64,000 nt of DNA, from NCBI GenBank assembly GCA_041937175.2, contig CP166615.1, positions 800,001 through 864,000 of the forward strand. The letters are read 5' to 3'. Numbering within the stretch: the first letter of the stretch is position 1; each line of letters opens with the position of its first letter. The DNA is from Limnothrix sp. BL-A-16. GTDB taxonomy: Bacteria > Cyanobacteriota > Cyanobacteriia > CACIAM-69d. The notes under the pieces were generated by a model. The model did no database searches. It saw only the letters and a list, made by a program, of their open reading frames with translations, and was not told where the DNA came from. The translations under genes were made by a program, and so were the position numbers. Positions 43,827 through 54,500 of this stretch are shown one piece after another.

Positions 43827-45032
43827 CTACTTGCCTTCCACAAATGCCTGGCAGCAACAGAAGGGTTGCGCGGCCGGCGCAGGCGTTGGCGTGGGGGTTG
43901 GCGCAGGGGCCGGAATCACCGTCTTGCTGCCGCAGATCACCTTTTGCAGCAGTCCCGTGAAACCGCTCAGGGCATCTTGCGATGTGAAACCCTGCCCACC
44001 GGTTTCCTTGGCCACGCGGGCATATTCACCCTCGATTTCTTTTTTCACACTGGCCTTCACACCGGAAGTCCCCAAGTAGGTGTGGACTTTCACCTTGGTT
44101 TGCTTGGCCGTGGCGATCGCCCGGTTGGCGGCTTCGATGTCTGCCTGATCCTGCTTGGCGTTCTCGTTGCCCCCTTCCAAGGACTCATCGCCCAGAAAGA
44201 AGACGGCCCGCGATGCGCCCGATCGCCAGTCAAAGTTCAGGGACACATCCTCGATCGCCCTTGCACCATCCTCTTGGGCCCCGCCGCCGGCCACCGTGCC
44301 CACCTTGCGGCCCTTCAGCACCGATTCCGACACCTTGGCCGTTTCCGTCAGGTAACTGCGCACGGTGCGATCGAACCGCGTGCCCTTAAACACCCCCTCA
44401 ATGCCCAAATAGGTCACCCGCAAATCAGAAGGGCAACTGGTTTTGGCCGCCTCGATCGCCGCGCCCACCGCCTCACTCAGGGCCGTCGCTTCATCCTTCA
44501 TCGACACGCTGGAATCAATCACCACCACCAAATCCACCTTGGGAATCGTTAAGACCTCCGTGGGCGAGGGCGTTGGCACCGGGGCCGGCGCGGGAACCGG
44601 CGTGGCGGAGCCGCCCTGGCCGGTCATGGTGGCCGGAGCCAAGGTGGGCCATTGCAGCCGCTTTTGGGTTGAAACATCCCCATTGCCCCGGTGACCGGAA
44701 ATGGGGCCCAGGCGGTTCGGTTGGGCTTGGCCAGCGGTCATGCCGTGGCTGTTGTAGGGATGGTTCCAGAGGTTGAAATCAAACCGATAGTGGGCCCCCT
44801 GCCAACCATTTGTCCAGTTGAAGTTAATCAGTGCGCTGATATCCAGCGTGCCCGTCACCGGGTCGCTATACCAAAACGACAGCATCTTATTTGCCGTTCC
44901 ACCGGCCGACGTGCCGAAGTTGTATTGAATATCAACCCCATCCGGCGGCCCTTCATAGGCAAAACAGCCCCGGCCATAAACCGAACCATCCGCATTCAAG
45001 GTGTGGAAAACGAAACTCGTAACCTGAGGCAT
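43827..45032 (-). CDS. vWA-domain protein (paralog 2) with C-terminal PFCCCQAFVE
   Basis: VDLVVVIDSSVSM (MIDAS DxSxS), QEDG, FDWR, FFLGDE; Pro/Thr linkers. Confidence 0.85.
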   Translation of the reverse strand: MPQVTSFVFHTLNADGSVYGRGCFAYEGPPDGVDIQYNFGTSAGGTANKMLSFWYSDPVTGTLDISALINFNWTNGWQGAHYRFDFNLWNHPYNSHGMTAGQAQPNRLGPISGHRGNGDVSTQKRLQWPTLAPATMTGQGGSATPVPAPAPVPTPSPTEVLTIPKVDLVVVIDSSVSMKDEATALSEAVGAAIEAAKTSCPSDLRVTYLGIEGVFKGTRFDRTVRSYLTETAKVSESVLKGRKVGTVAGGGAQEDGARAIEDVSLNFDWRSGASRAVFFLGDESLEGGNENAKQDQADIEAANRAIATAKQTKVKVHTYLGTSGVKASVKKEIEGEYARVAKETGGQGFTSQDALSGFTGLLQKVICGSKTVIPAPAPTPTPTPAPAAQPFCCCQAFVEGK

Positions 45033-45103
45033 AGCAGCAAATTCCTATGAGGTTTAGGCTTGGTGATCGTGAAACGTTGGGCAGATCGCTGATTAGAGAA
45101 CCC

Positions 45104-46510
45104 CTAGGATTCAACGTAGGCCTGGCAGCAACAGAAGGGATGTTCAATGCGGCGCGGCTCGGGCTTGCTGCCGCAAATCACGTCTTGCAACAGAGCTTGG
45201 AAGCCCCGCAGCGCATCCTGGGAGGTGAAGGATTGACCGCCCGTTTCCCGAGCCACCCTGGCGTATTCCCCTTCAATTTCCCGGCGAACTTTGTCTTTTA
45301 CCGAGGAAGTTCCAAGATAGGTATGCACCCGCACACCGGCTTCTTTGGCCACCGCGATCGCGAGGTTGGCGGCTTCGATGTCTCCTTGATCTTGCTTGGC
45401 ATCCTGGTTCCCGCCATCCAAGGACTCATCGCCCAGGAAGAACAGGGCCCGCCCAGCCCCCGGCCGCCAGTCAAAATGGCGACTCAGATCCTCGATCGCC
45501 CTTGCGCCATCTTCCTGGGCCCCGCCGCCGGCCACCGTGCCGCGTTGGCGACCCCGCAACTCGGACTCCGCTGCTTTGGCCGTTGTGGTGAGGTATTTGC
45601 GAATGGATTGATTAAAACGGGTGTCTCGGAACGTGCCTTCAATGCCCAGATAGACCACTCGCAAATCAGAAGGACAATGGGCCCGGGCCGCCTCGATCGC
45701 GGCGGAAACGGCCGCATCCAGCGCCACCGCTTCGTCCTTCATGGAAACGCTGGAATCGATCGCCACCACCAAGTCCACCAGCGGGATCGTCACGCCATCT
45801 TCTTCGATGACTTCGATCGTGGGCTGCCCGATCGCCACCCACTCCAGCTTGCGCCCTTGACAGCTTCCGTCTTCCGTTGCCCCCCGGTGCGCAGACACAG
45901 CACCCAGTTGATCCGGCGTTGCACCACCGGCCACCAAGCCCCGATCGAAGTCTGGCTGGGCCCAGGCATTGAACTGGAACTGTTGCTCGCCGGCCCGATC
46001 GCTAAAACTCAAGCTCAACAGAGCACTGAGATCCAACACACCAACGATCGGGTCGCGATACCAAAACGCCGTCAAGGTTTCCGCAGTTCCCCGGCGATAT
46101 TCCACCGAAGACTCGCTGCCATTCCCCAGGGTAAAGCACCCTTTTCCAAACTCAGTGCCGTCGCTGTTCAGGACTCGAAAAGTGTAGGACATTGCTTGGG
46201 TGGATGGTGCTGAGGTAGCAGAATCTGCTGCTGTGTTGGTTGTTTCTGGGGCCGAACTCCAGGGAATCACAACACTGGGAGTGACATCCAGCCAACCACC
46301 ATCCGTGACCGTGCCCACATCCGGCAGCGATTGCGCATCCAAAAACTCCATTAATCGCTCACCATCGTCCTCAAATCGATAGTGGCAGATTCCCTGATCG
46401 GCAAAAACAACCAGATCTGAATCTTGGCGATAGACCACCTTTACAAAGTTGGCTCCATCAATTTCCCAGCGATAGCCAGGCATCGCTTCAACAATCTTCT
46501 GATTCTTCAT
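45104..46510 (-). CDS. vWA-domain protein (paralog 1) with extra N-terminal domain and C-terminal PFCCCQAYVE
   Basis: VDLVVAIDSSVSM; high identity to 43827-45032; AAGGGGA before ATG 46510. Confidence 0.85.
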   Translation of the reverse strand: MKNQKIVEAMPGYRWEIDGANFVKVVYRQDSDLVVFADQGICHYRFEDDGERLMEFLDAQSLPDVGTVTDGGWLDVTPSVVIPWSSAPETTNTAADSATSAPSTQAMSYTFRVLNSDGTEFGKGCFTLGNGSESSVEYRRGTAETLTAFWYRDPIVGVLDLSALLSLSFSDRAGEQQFQFNAWAQPDFDRGLVAGGATPDQLGAVSAHRGATEDGSCQGRKLEWVAIGQPTIEVIEEDGVTIPLVDLVVAIDSSVSMKDEAVALDAAVSAAIEAARAHCPSDLRVVYLGIEGTFRDTRFNQSIRKYLTTTAKAAESELRGRQRGTVAGGGAQEDGARAIEDLSRHFDWRPGAGRALFFLGDESLDGGNQDAKQDQGDIEAANLAIAVAKEAGVRVHTYLGTSSVKDKVRREIEGEYARVARETGGQSFTSQDALRGFQALLQDVICGSKPEPRRIEHPFCCCQAYVES

Positions 46511-46713
46511 AGATCCCCTTTCCAAAAAGCATTACATCTCTAAGCAAACATCGGGCAATTGACTCGGTTGATCGACTCGATCGACCGAATTGAGCTAATG
46601 GATTTGCCGATGCTTGCTCAACCTGAATCTTGTTTGAGTGGTCGATCTGCGACCTAGTGGAATCTAGCCATTGACCTCTGGATCGGCTCACTACCCACCC
46701 CGATCGCCTTGAT

Positions 46714-46980
46714 CTACTCCAAACGAATCTGCTTATTGGCTAATTCCAAATCAAACGGGTAATCTTCATTTCCCCCCGCAAGAGCCTTTTGGAAAGTTTC
46801 CTCATTCGCAAACTCACTGACGCGAAACCACCAATCTTCAAATACAATCACCCGCCCATCAGGACAGCGGTAGACCAAGACATGGTAGTCGTCGCGGAAT
46901 TCATTGCTGAGATCAAGAACTTCACCACCCATTGCTTGAGCAGCGGGTTCTGCACTGTTCACTTTCCAATCCACTGACAT
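46714..46980 (-). CDS. Small acidic hypothetical protein (88 aa)
   Basis: GGAG upstream of ATG 46980; co-oriented with the vWA genes; weak similarity to the N-terminal domain of 45104-46510. Confidence 0.65.
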   Translation of the reverse strand: MSVDWKVNSAEPAAQAMGGEVLDLSNEFRDDYHVLVYRCPDGRVIVFEDWWFRVSEFANEETFQKALAGGNEDYPFDLELANKQIRLE

Positions 46981-47864
46981 GTTGCACAATCTCCAGCTTA
47001 ATTGGAGGGTTGATCAGACTTTCCAATTGGACTCTACAAATTGTGCCTCAAGCTAATTGAAATTTGAGAGAAGTTAATGTTAATTTTTTCATTTTTCTGA
47101 GCAATTCCGTATAAATACGCAATTAAAAATTGACAACAACTCTCTTAAAAAGAGATCATTTCATTTTTAAGTATTTGCAATACAATTTTTTACAAAAATT
47201 TCAATTCATCCCAATTGTCAATTCAATTAATTTCTCTTTTTATTGTAATTTTCGTCATTCAATTCAGGGAGGTAATCGAGAATTTTTTTGGAAAGTTCAA
47301 TTCGATTTAACTTTATTCGATACTTAAATACGAATAATTGAATCGTTGAAATTCATGAAATTCTCGAAAATCTAAAAATTGAGCATCTTTTCTTGGTTTC
47401 AAGTCATTTTTGATGACCGTATCTTATTTTACATTGATACTCTTGATGAAAAAATAATGCTTGAGTCTAAGATTTTGGGCTAAAAGGCATTTAAAAAGTC
47501 AACTTTGCTTGTTTATGGAAAAGATCCGCGATCGACTCCCATTGGCAATCGAAAGTGATCAGCTTCTTTGAGGTTGGCTGGTTCTCGATCGTCTGAATTT
47601 TGAGGATGATTCGGGGTGGCTTTGGGCTGTTTCTGCCCAGCAAAAGACGAGGATCAGGGCGATCGGGGGGTTAAATCATGGTTGGCAATTTTTTTGACCT
47701 GTCTGCCGGGCGCTGGTGTGACAAATTACGCAGCCGTATTTAGAGAGCGCGGCAAACGGTCACCGTTGCCCTGTGACAAGGCAGCATGAGCAAGGCGACT
47801 GCATGGGCTGCATAGGCTGATAAAGTGGCGTTGAATTCAGCTTGGCGTTGGCGGACTGGAAACT

Positions 47865-48539
47865 ATGGCTATTGCGATCGCACTAGGATTACTCGTTTTG
47901 GCCTACCTGCTCGGCTCCATCCCCGCCGGGTATCTGGCCGGGCGCTGGCTCAAAGGCATCGACATCCGCCAATATGGTTCCGGCTCCACCGGGGCCACCA
48001 ACGTGATGCGCACCGTGGGCAAACCGGCCGGAATCACGGTCTTTATCTTCGACATCCTGAAAGGGGCGATCGCCATTGGATTGGTGCGCGCCCTCTGGAC
48101 TAGTGATTTAGTAGTGGATCCCAATTGGTTTGCGATCAAGCCCTGGTTAGAAGTGGTGGCTGGTCTCACCGCCGTGATTGGCCACAGCAAGTCCCTGTGG
48201 CTGAATTTCCAGGGCGGCAAATCCGTGGCCACCAGCTTGGGTACGTTGTTGGCCCTATCTTGGCAAGTGGGCTTGGGTGGGTTTGCGGCTTTCTGTGTGG
48301 TGCTGGCGATTTGGCGGTATGTGTCCCTTGGGTCGATCGTTGGGGCAATTATGGTCAGCGTGTTGATGCTGTCTTTGCAAAATCCCTTGCCCTACTGTTT
48401 ATTTGGCTTGGCCATTACGGTGTTTGTGATTGCGCGGCACAAGGCCAACATCAGTCGCCTGCTGAAGGGAACAGAACCCAAATTTGGCCAGAAGGTGCAA
48501 ATCCCCGATCCCGTTTCCGACAGCGCCAGCGGTTCTTAG
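47865..48539 (+). CDS. plsY: Glycerol-3-phosphate acyltransferase PlsY
   Basis: YLLGSIP, GSGSTGATNV.R, DILKG, GGKSVATSLG, RHKANI.RL..GTE. Confidence 0.96.
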   Translation: MAIAIALGLLVLAYLLGSIPAGYLAGRWLKGIDIRQYGSGSTGATNVMRTVGKPAGITVFIFDILKGAIAIGLVRALWTSDLVVDPNWFAIKPWLEVVAGLTAVIGHSKSLWLNFQGGKSVATSLGTLLALSWQVGLGGFAAFCVVLAIWRYVSLGSIVGAIMVSVLMLSLQNPLPYCLFGLAITVFVIARHKANISRLLKGTEPKFGQKVQIPDPVSDSASGS

Positions 48540-48580
48540 GATTTTGCCTCTGTTCCTAGTAGCATGACAGGCTGAATACA

Positions 48581-48677
48581 TTGGGTCGAAGTTGCTGCGT
48601 CAGTCGTGGTAACAAGGGGCTTGAGCATCTTGCTGCTTAACGATCAGGTGACGATAACCGCCATGTGATTTAACCCA
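48581..48677. repeat. Small dispersed element family C
   Basis: TTGGGTCGAA...GTCGTGGTAACAAGGGGCTTGAGCATCTTGCTGCTTAACG...TTTAACCCA. Confidence 0.55.
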
Positions 48678-48862
48678 GCGAATTAGGGCAGCCACGCTAC
48701 TGGGGTGGTGTGCCGGGTCGAAAGCAGGCCGGTCGAAGATCGGTTAAGTCTTAAAAGCTCGCATCCCAGCGCCACTTAACCTTGATGGATTGGGGGCTTG
48801 GGCCTCTGGCCTGGCTCGATCGGGAAGTGGCCTAGAGATGACCATCTTTTGATTTGCCCCCA

Positions 48863-48887
48863 AATGTAACGAATTGCAACGTATAAT
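48863..48887 (+). promoter_or_regulatory. HLR1-like (RpaB) site abutting a TATAAT -10 box upstream of crtP
   Basis: AATGTAAC-GA-ATTGCAAC is the reverse complement of GTTGCAAT-N2-GTTACATT (1 mismatch to (G/T)TTACA(T/A)(T/A)-N2 repeat), followed by G-TATAAT. Confidence 0.5.
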
Positions 48888-49006
48888 AGCTCTGAAAAAT
48901 TAATTCTTAAGAATTATTCAAGGGAATCCAACACCCATCGCATTTCAAGCGCGATCGGGCGGTTTCCACCCCCATCAGCCCTGTGGCTTCCGTTGTTTAC
49001 CCCTAG

Positions 49007-50440
<1,434 letters not shown>

Positions 50441-50489
50441 GCCACTCCTTTGACTGACCCATCGACCTTTCCCAGCCCCGCCGGTCTTC

Positions 50490-51443
50490 ATGCTGCACTT
50501 GCCTGACCCGCCACGCACCAACACCCTGGCGACCCTGGAAGAATCCTATGAGTTGTGTCGCCAGGTCACAGCTAAGTACTCCAAAACGTTCTATTGGGGC
50601 AGTGCGCTGATGCCGTTGGCTAAGCGGCGGGCCATCTGGGCAATCTATGTTTGGTGTCGGCGCACCGATGAACTGGTCGATGGGCCCATGGCCAAGCTGA
50701 CCACGCCGGAAACCCTGGACGACTGGGAACGGCGACTCGAACAACTCTTTGGTGGCCATGCGCTGGATGACTCTGATGTGGCGCTGGTTGACACGATCGG
50801 GCGCTACAACCTGGATATTCAGCCCTTCCGCGACATGATCGCCGGGCAGCGAATGGATCTCTATCGCAGTCGCTACCAGACCTACGAAGAGCTAGAGCTA
50901 TATTGCTATCGCGTGGCGGGCACGGTGGGCCTGATGACCACGCCGGTTTTGGGAGTGGCTAGCGAGCCGGCCCGCGCTCCTTGGGATGGGTTCTTGCAAA
51001 TGCAAACCAGTCCCGATCGCAATCCAGATGACCCTACGGAACGGGCGATCGCCCTTGGCATTGCTAACCAGCTCACCAATATTCTGCGAGACGTAGGTGA
51101 AGACCGTCACCGGGGCCGAATTTATCTGCCCTTGGAAGATTTGGAGCGGTTCCGCTACACCGAGCAAGACTTAATGAATGGTGTGGTTGACGATCGCTGG
51201 CGTGCCCTAATGCAGTTCCAAATTCAGCGGGCCCGCACGATTTTCGACAGCGCCGCGAAGGGAATTCGCCTGCTTCACCCCGATGCTCGCTGGCCCGTTT
51301 GGGCTGCCTTAATGCTCTACAGCCGAATTTTGCACTCGATCGAGCGCAATGGCTACGACGTGTTCAATAAACGCGCTTATGTCCCCACCACGGGAAAAGT
51401 GCGCTGTTTACCCGTAGCCCTGATGCGATCGCAGGTTCTTTAG
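50490..51443 (+). CDS. crtB: Phytoene synthase
   Basis: YSKTFY, WCRRTDELVDG, YCYRVAGTVG, NQLTNILRDVGED..RGRIYLP. Confidence 0.97.
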   Translation: MLHLPDPPRTNTLATLEESYELCRQVTAKYSKTFYWGSALMPLAKRRAIWAIYVWCRRTDELVDGPMAKLTTPETLDDWERRLEQLFGGHALDDSDVALVDTIGRYNLDIQPFRDMIAGQRMDLYRSRYQTYEELELYCYRVAGTVGLMTTPVLGVASEPARAPWDGFLQMQTSPDRNPDDPTERAIALGIANQLTNILRDVGEDRHRGRIYLPLEDLERFRYTEQDLMNGVVDDRWRALMQFQIQRARTIFDSAAKGIRLLHPDARWPVWAALMLYSRILHSIERNGYDVFNKRAYVPTTGKVRCLPVALMRSQVL

Positions 51444-51523
51444 GCCCAAGCTGTTAACCCGCCGCGCAGAATCGTTGGGCGAGCCGATCGGTGCTCGTCA
51501 GCGGCTGGCTCAGTTCAAACGGC

Positions 51524-54500
51524 TCAGCCCTCGATCGGTAGTTGAATCCGAAATTCAGCGCCTTGTCCTGGCTCCGATTCAACGGTCAGACTGCCGCTGT
51601 GTTTATCGACGACGATTTGTTGGGCGATCGCGAGACCCAATCCTGTGCCTTTTCCTACGGATTTTGTGGTGAATAAATGATCAAAAATCCTTGATTGCAC
51701 TTCAGCACTCATCCCTTTGCCATTATCTTGAATAGTAATTTGTACCCGATCGTCAACTAGCGTTGTGCTGATCGTGATTTGTTGAGGATTTGCTTCTAAT
51801 TCCTTGAACGATCGCCCCTGGGCCAGCTCATCAAACATATCGATCGCATTAGCCAGGATATTCATAAACACCTGATTAAGCTGTCCCGGGAAGCAATCGA
51901 TCGGGGGTATTTCACCATAGTTAGTAATCACCTCGATCGCGGGTCGGTTCGCATTCGCCTTGAGCCGATATTTCAGAATCAGCAGAGTGCTATCAATCCC
52001 TTCATGCAGGTTGGCGCTGACTTTGTACTCCGTATCGGCACGGGAGAAAGTCCGCAAGCTAGTACTAATCGATTTGATGCGATCGGTTGCCCCTTGCATG
52101 GAATTCAAGAGTTGGGGCAAGTCTTCGCAAACATATTCCAAATCAATATCTTCAGCGTGATCTTGAATCGGAGAAGTAGGACTAGGATAATGCTGCTGAT
52201 ATAGGGCTAGATGTTCAAGCAAGTCCTGTACGTGCTCTTTGCCATTATTGATGCTGCCATTCAGAAAGCCGATCGGGTTGTTAATTTCATGGGCAACCCC
52301 TGCCACTAGGTTTCCTAGCGATGCCATCTTCTCGCTCTGCACCATTTGTAACTGAGCATTTTGCAAGTCAGTGAGGGTTTGCTGAACCTGTGAATAAAGA
52401 CGAGCGTTCTCAAGCGAAATGGCAGCTTGAGTACAGAGGAAGTTGAGGATCAGCAGGCGATCGCTCGTAAACACTTGACTTGTAGATCGATTCTCTAAAT
52501 ACAAAATTCCCATCAGTTTTGCTTGATTCAAAATCGGTAAGCACAATACACTTTTGGGTCGTTGTTGACTCAAGTACTCATCAAGCACAGGTAAATCTGT
52601 TTTCCCATCATTAATGACTACCGTTTCTTGGATATTTTTGACATATTGAATGAGTTGAATAGGAACTGTAGTATTGTTTTTTAAGGAATCTGCATAAAGT
52701 TCAGTTGTTTCAAGGGTGGCAATAGCGACAACTGACCATTCTCCACTGGAATTAGGCAAGGTCAAGGCACAGCGATCACCTCCAGAGTTCTGCAAAATAA
52801 TTTGAGTGAGTTGATGTAATAATTCATCAATTTGAATCGTCCCAGCAAGGTTTTGAGAGGCTCTGAGGATGGTGGCAAAGTCAAGAACTGCGTTGACACT
52901 GGAGCTAGAGGAAAAATTGGGAGCAGTAGAAGAATGGAGCGAAAGATTAGGAGCAGCAATAGTTGCAAAGCTTTCTAGAATATTGAAGGGCTGAGTTGCA
53001 GCTTGGAGAATGGGGCGTAATAAGTGGGGATAGCAAGTTTCCAGGTCGTCAGTTTTGGCTTTGGCCCCCCATTTAGCGTAGCAATAGTAGGCTTCTTGCA
53101 TGTAGCCAGCAGCAACCTTGTCTTTGTCCCAACTCAAATAAAACTTCGCAGCGAGTTCATTAGCTAAGCCTTCTTCTTGGATATATTCGTTAGCTTTGGC
53201 TTCAGCAATTGCGCGATCATAATAGTCTGCCGCTTCATATCTTTTACCGAATACTCGATATCGTTCTGCTTCAACTAAAAGGTATTTATGTAGAAAATTC
53301 TCTGGACAGCTATTTGACCAATTTCGCAGGCGTGATTGATTTGATTGAATTTGATCTGAAGCGTTTCTTTTGTTTTTTTTGGATAAGTTCAGATATAGGT
53401 TAAGTAAAATCAATGAGCCATAGTAATAATAACCGCTAGAAGTTGTCGCGCCGCCAATCGCACTCATCCTTTTTTCTGTCTCCACTAATTGATCATAGCC
53501 TTGCTGGAAGTCTCCCTTCAAACAGCAGAGATGAATCTTGAGAACATAAGAAAGACAAACTGAAAGCCATGCTTGTGATGCTGCTCCATCTTGAACAATT
53601 TTTTCTACTTCTAAGATCTCCTGATCCAGTGTTTGAGTATTTTGCTTGACCCCTAAATGCATAATGAAGCTTCTTGCACCAGCTAGTGCCACCCTCAAAA
53701 GCTCATCCTGAGTATGTTTTGCTACCAATTCATAGGTTTCAATTTTTTCTAAAATAATGGCTAAATTCTCTCCTTGAAATAATTGGTTATAAACTTCTCC
53801 AAACAAATTATAGGCTGCAAACTGATTTTCTCCTGCCACCATTCCTGCCAAAAAGCCTTCATAGTTAAGGTTGGCTGCTCCTATAAGAGGCTTTGCCCAA
53901 GCTTGAATCCAAAATCCCAGTAAAAATGTAGCTTTGCACCGTTGGGATGGGCTGTTGAGTTTGTAACTTAATTGCATTGCCAAATCAGCAAACTCATAAC
54001 CTTGTTGATATTGCCCCTCTGTTAAACTGAGTATCAGACCATAATTTGCATAAGCCTTAATCGATTCAGCCAGATTGCCGTATTCCATTGAGAAGCGAAC
54101 TGCCCTTAAAGCAATCAATTCATAAAGTTCAAAGTTGGCTGAAATATAAGCTGGTGCATCTAAAGCCATCAATAACTTCATCGCGGTTTGAATTCTAACA
54201 TTATTCATGCTTGGTAAATTTAATAGAGAGATAATAGGGCGATCGCCTAAAGCGTTAGCAGTATCAGCCAACTCTTGACGTATGAGTTTTATCGTATTTT
54301 CATTTTGAATAATCTCAATTTCAAGATCGCTTAATCCATGCAATCCTGTTTTAATTGCTTGCTCGAAATCACCCTGAAGCGTATATTTGATGATTTCAAA
54401 AAGGTAAAACTCTGCTCGATCAATAGGGGTGAAAATATGATCTAAGGCAATTGTGATTATGCTGCTTAAATTTTCATAATTGTTATTGCTCAAGTATGCA

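Noticed and set aside
43725..46213. Plus-strand ORFs of 275 and 388 aa
   Set aside because: Shadows of the motif-bearing vWA genes.
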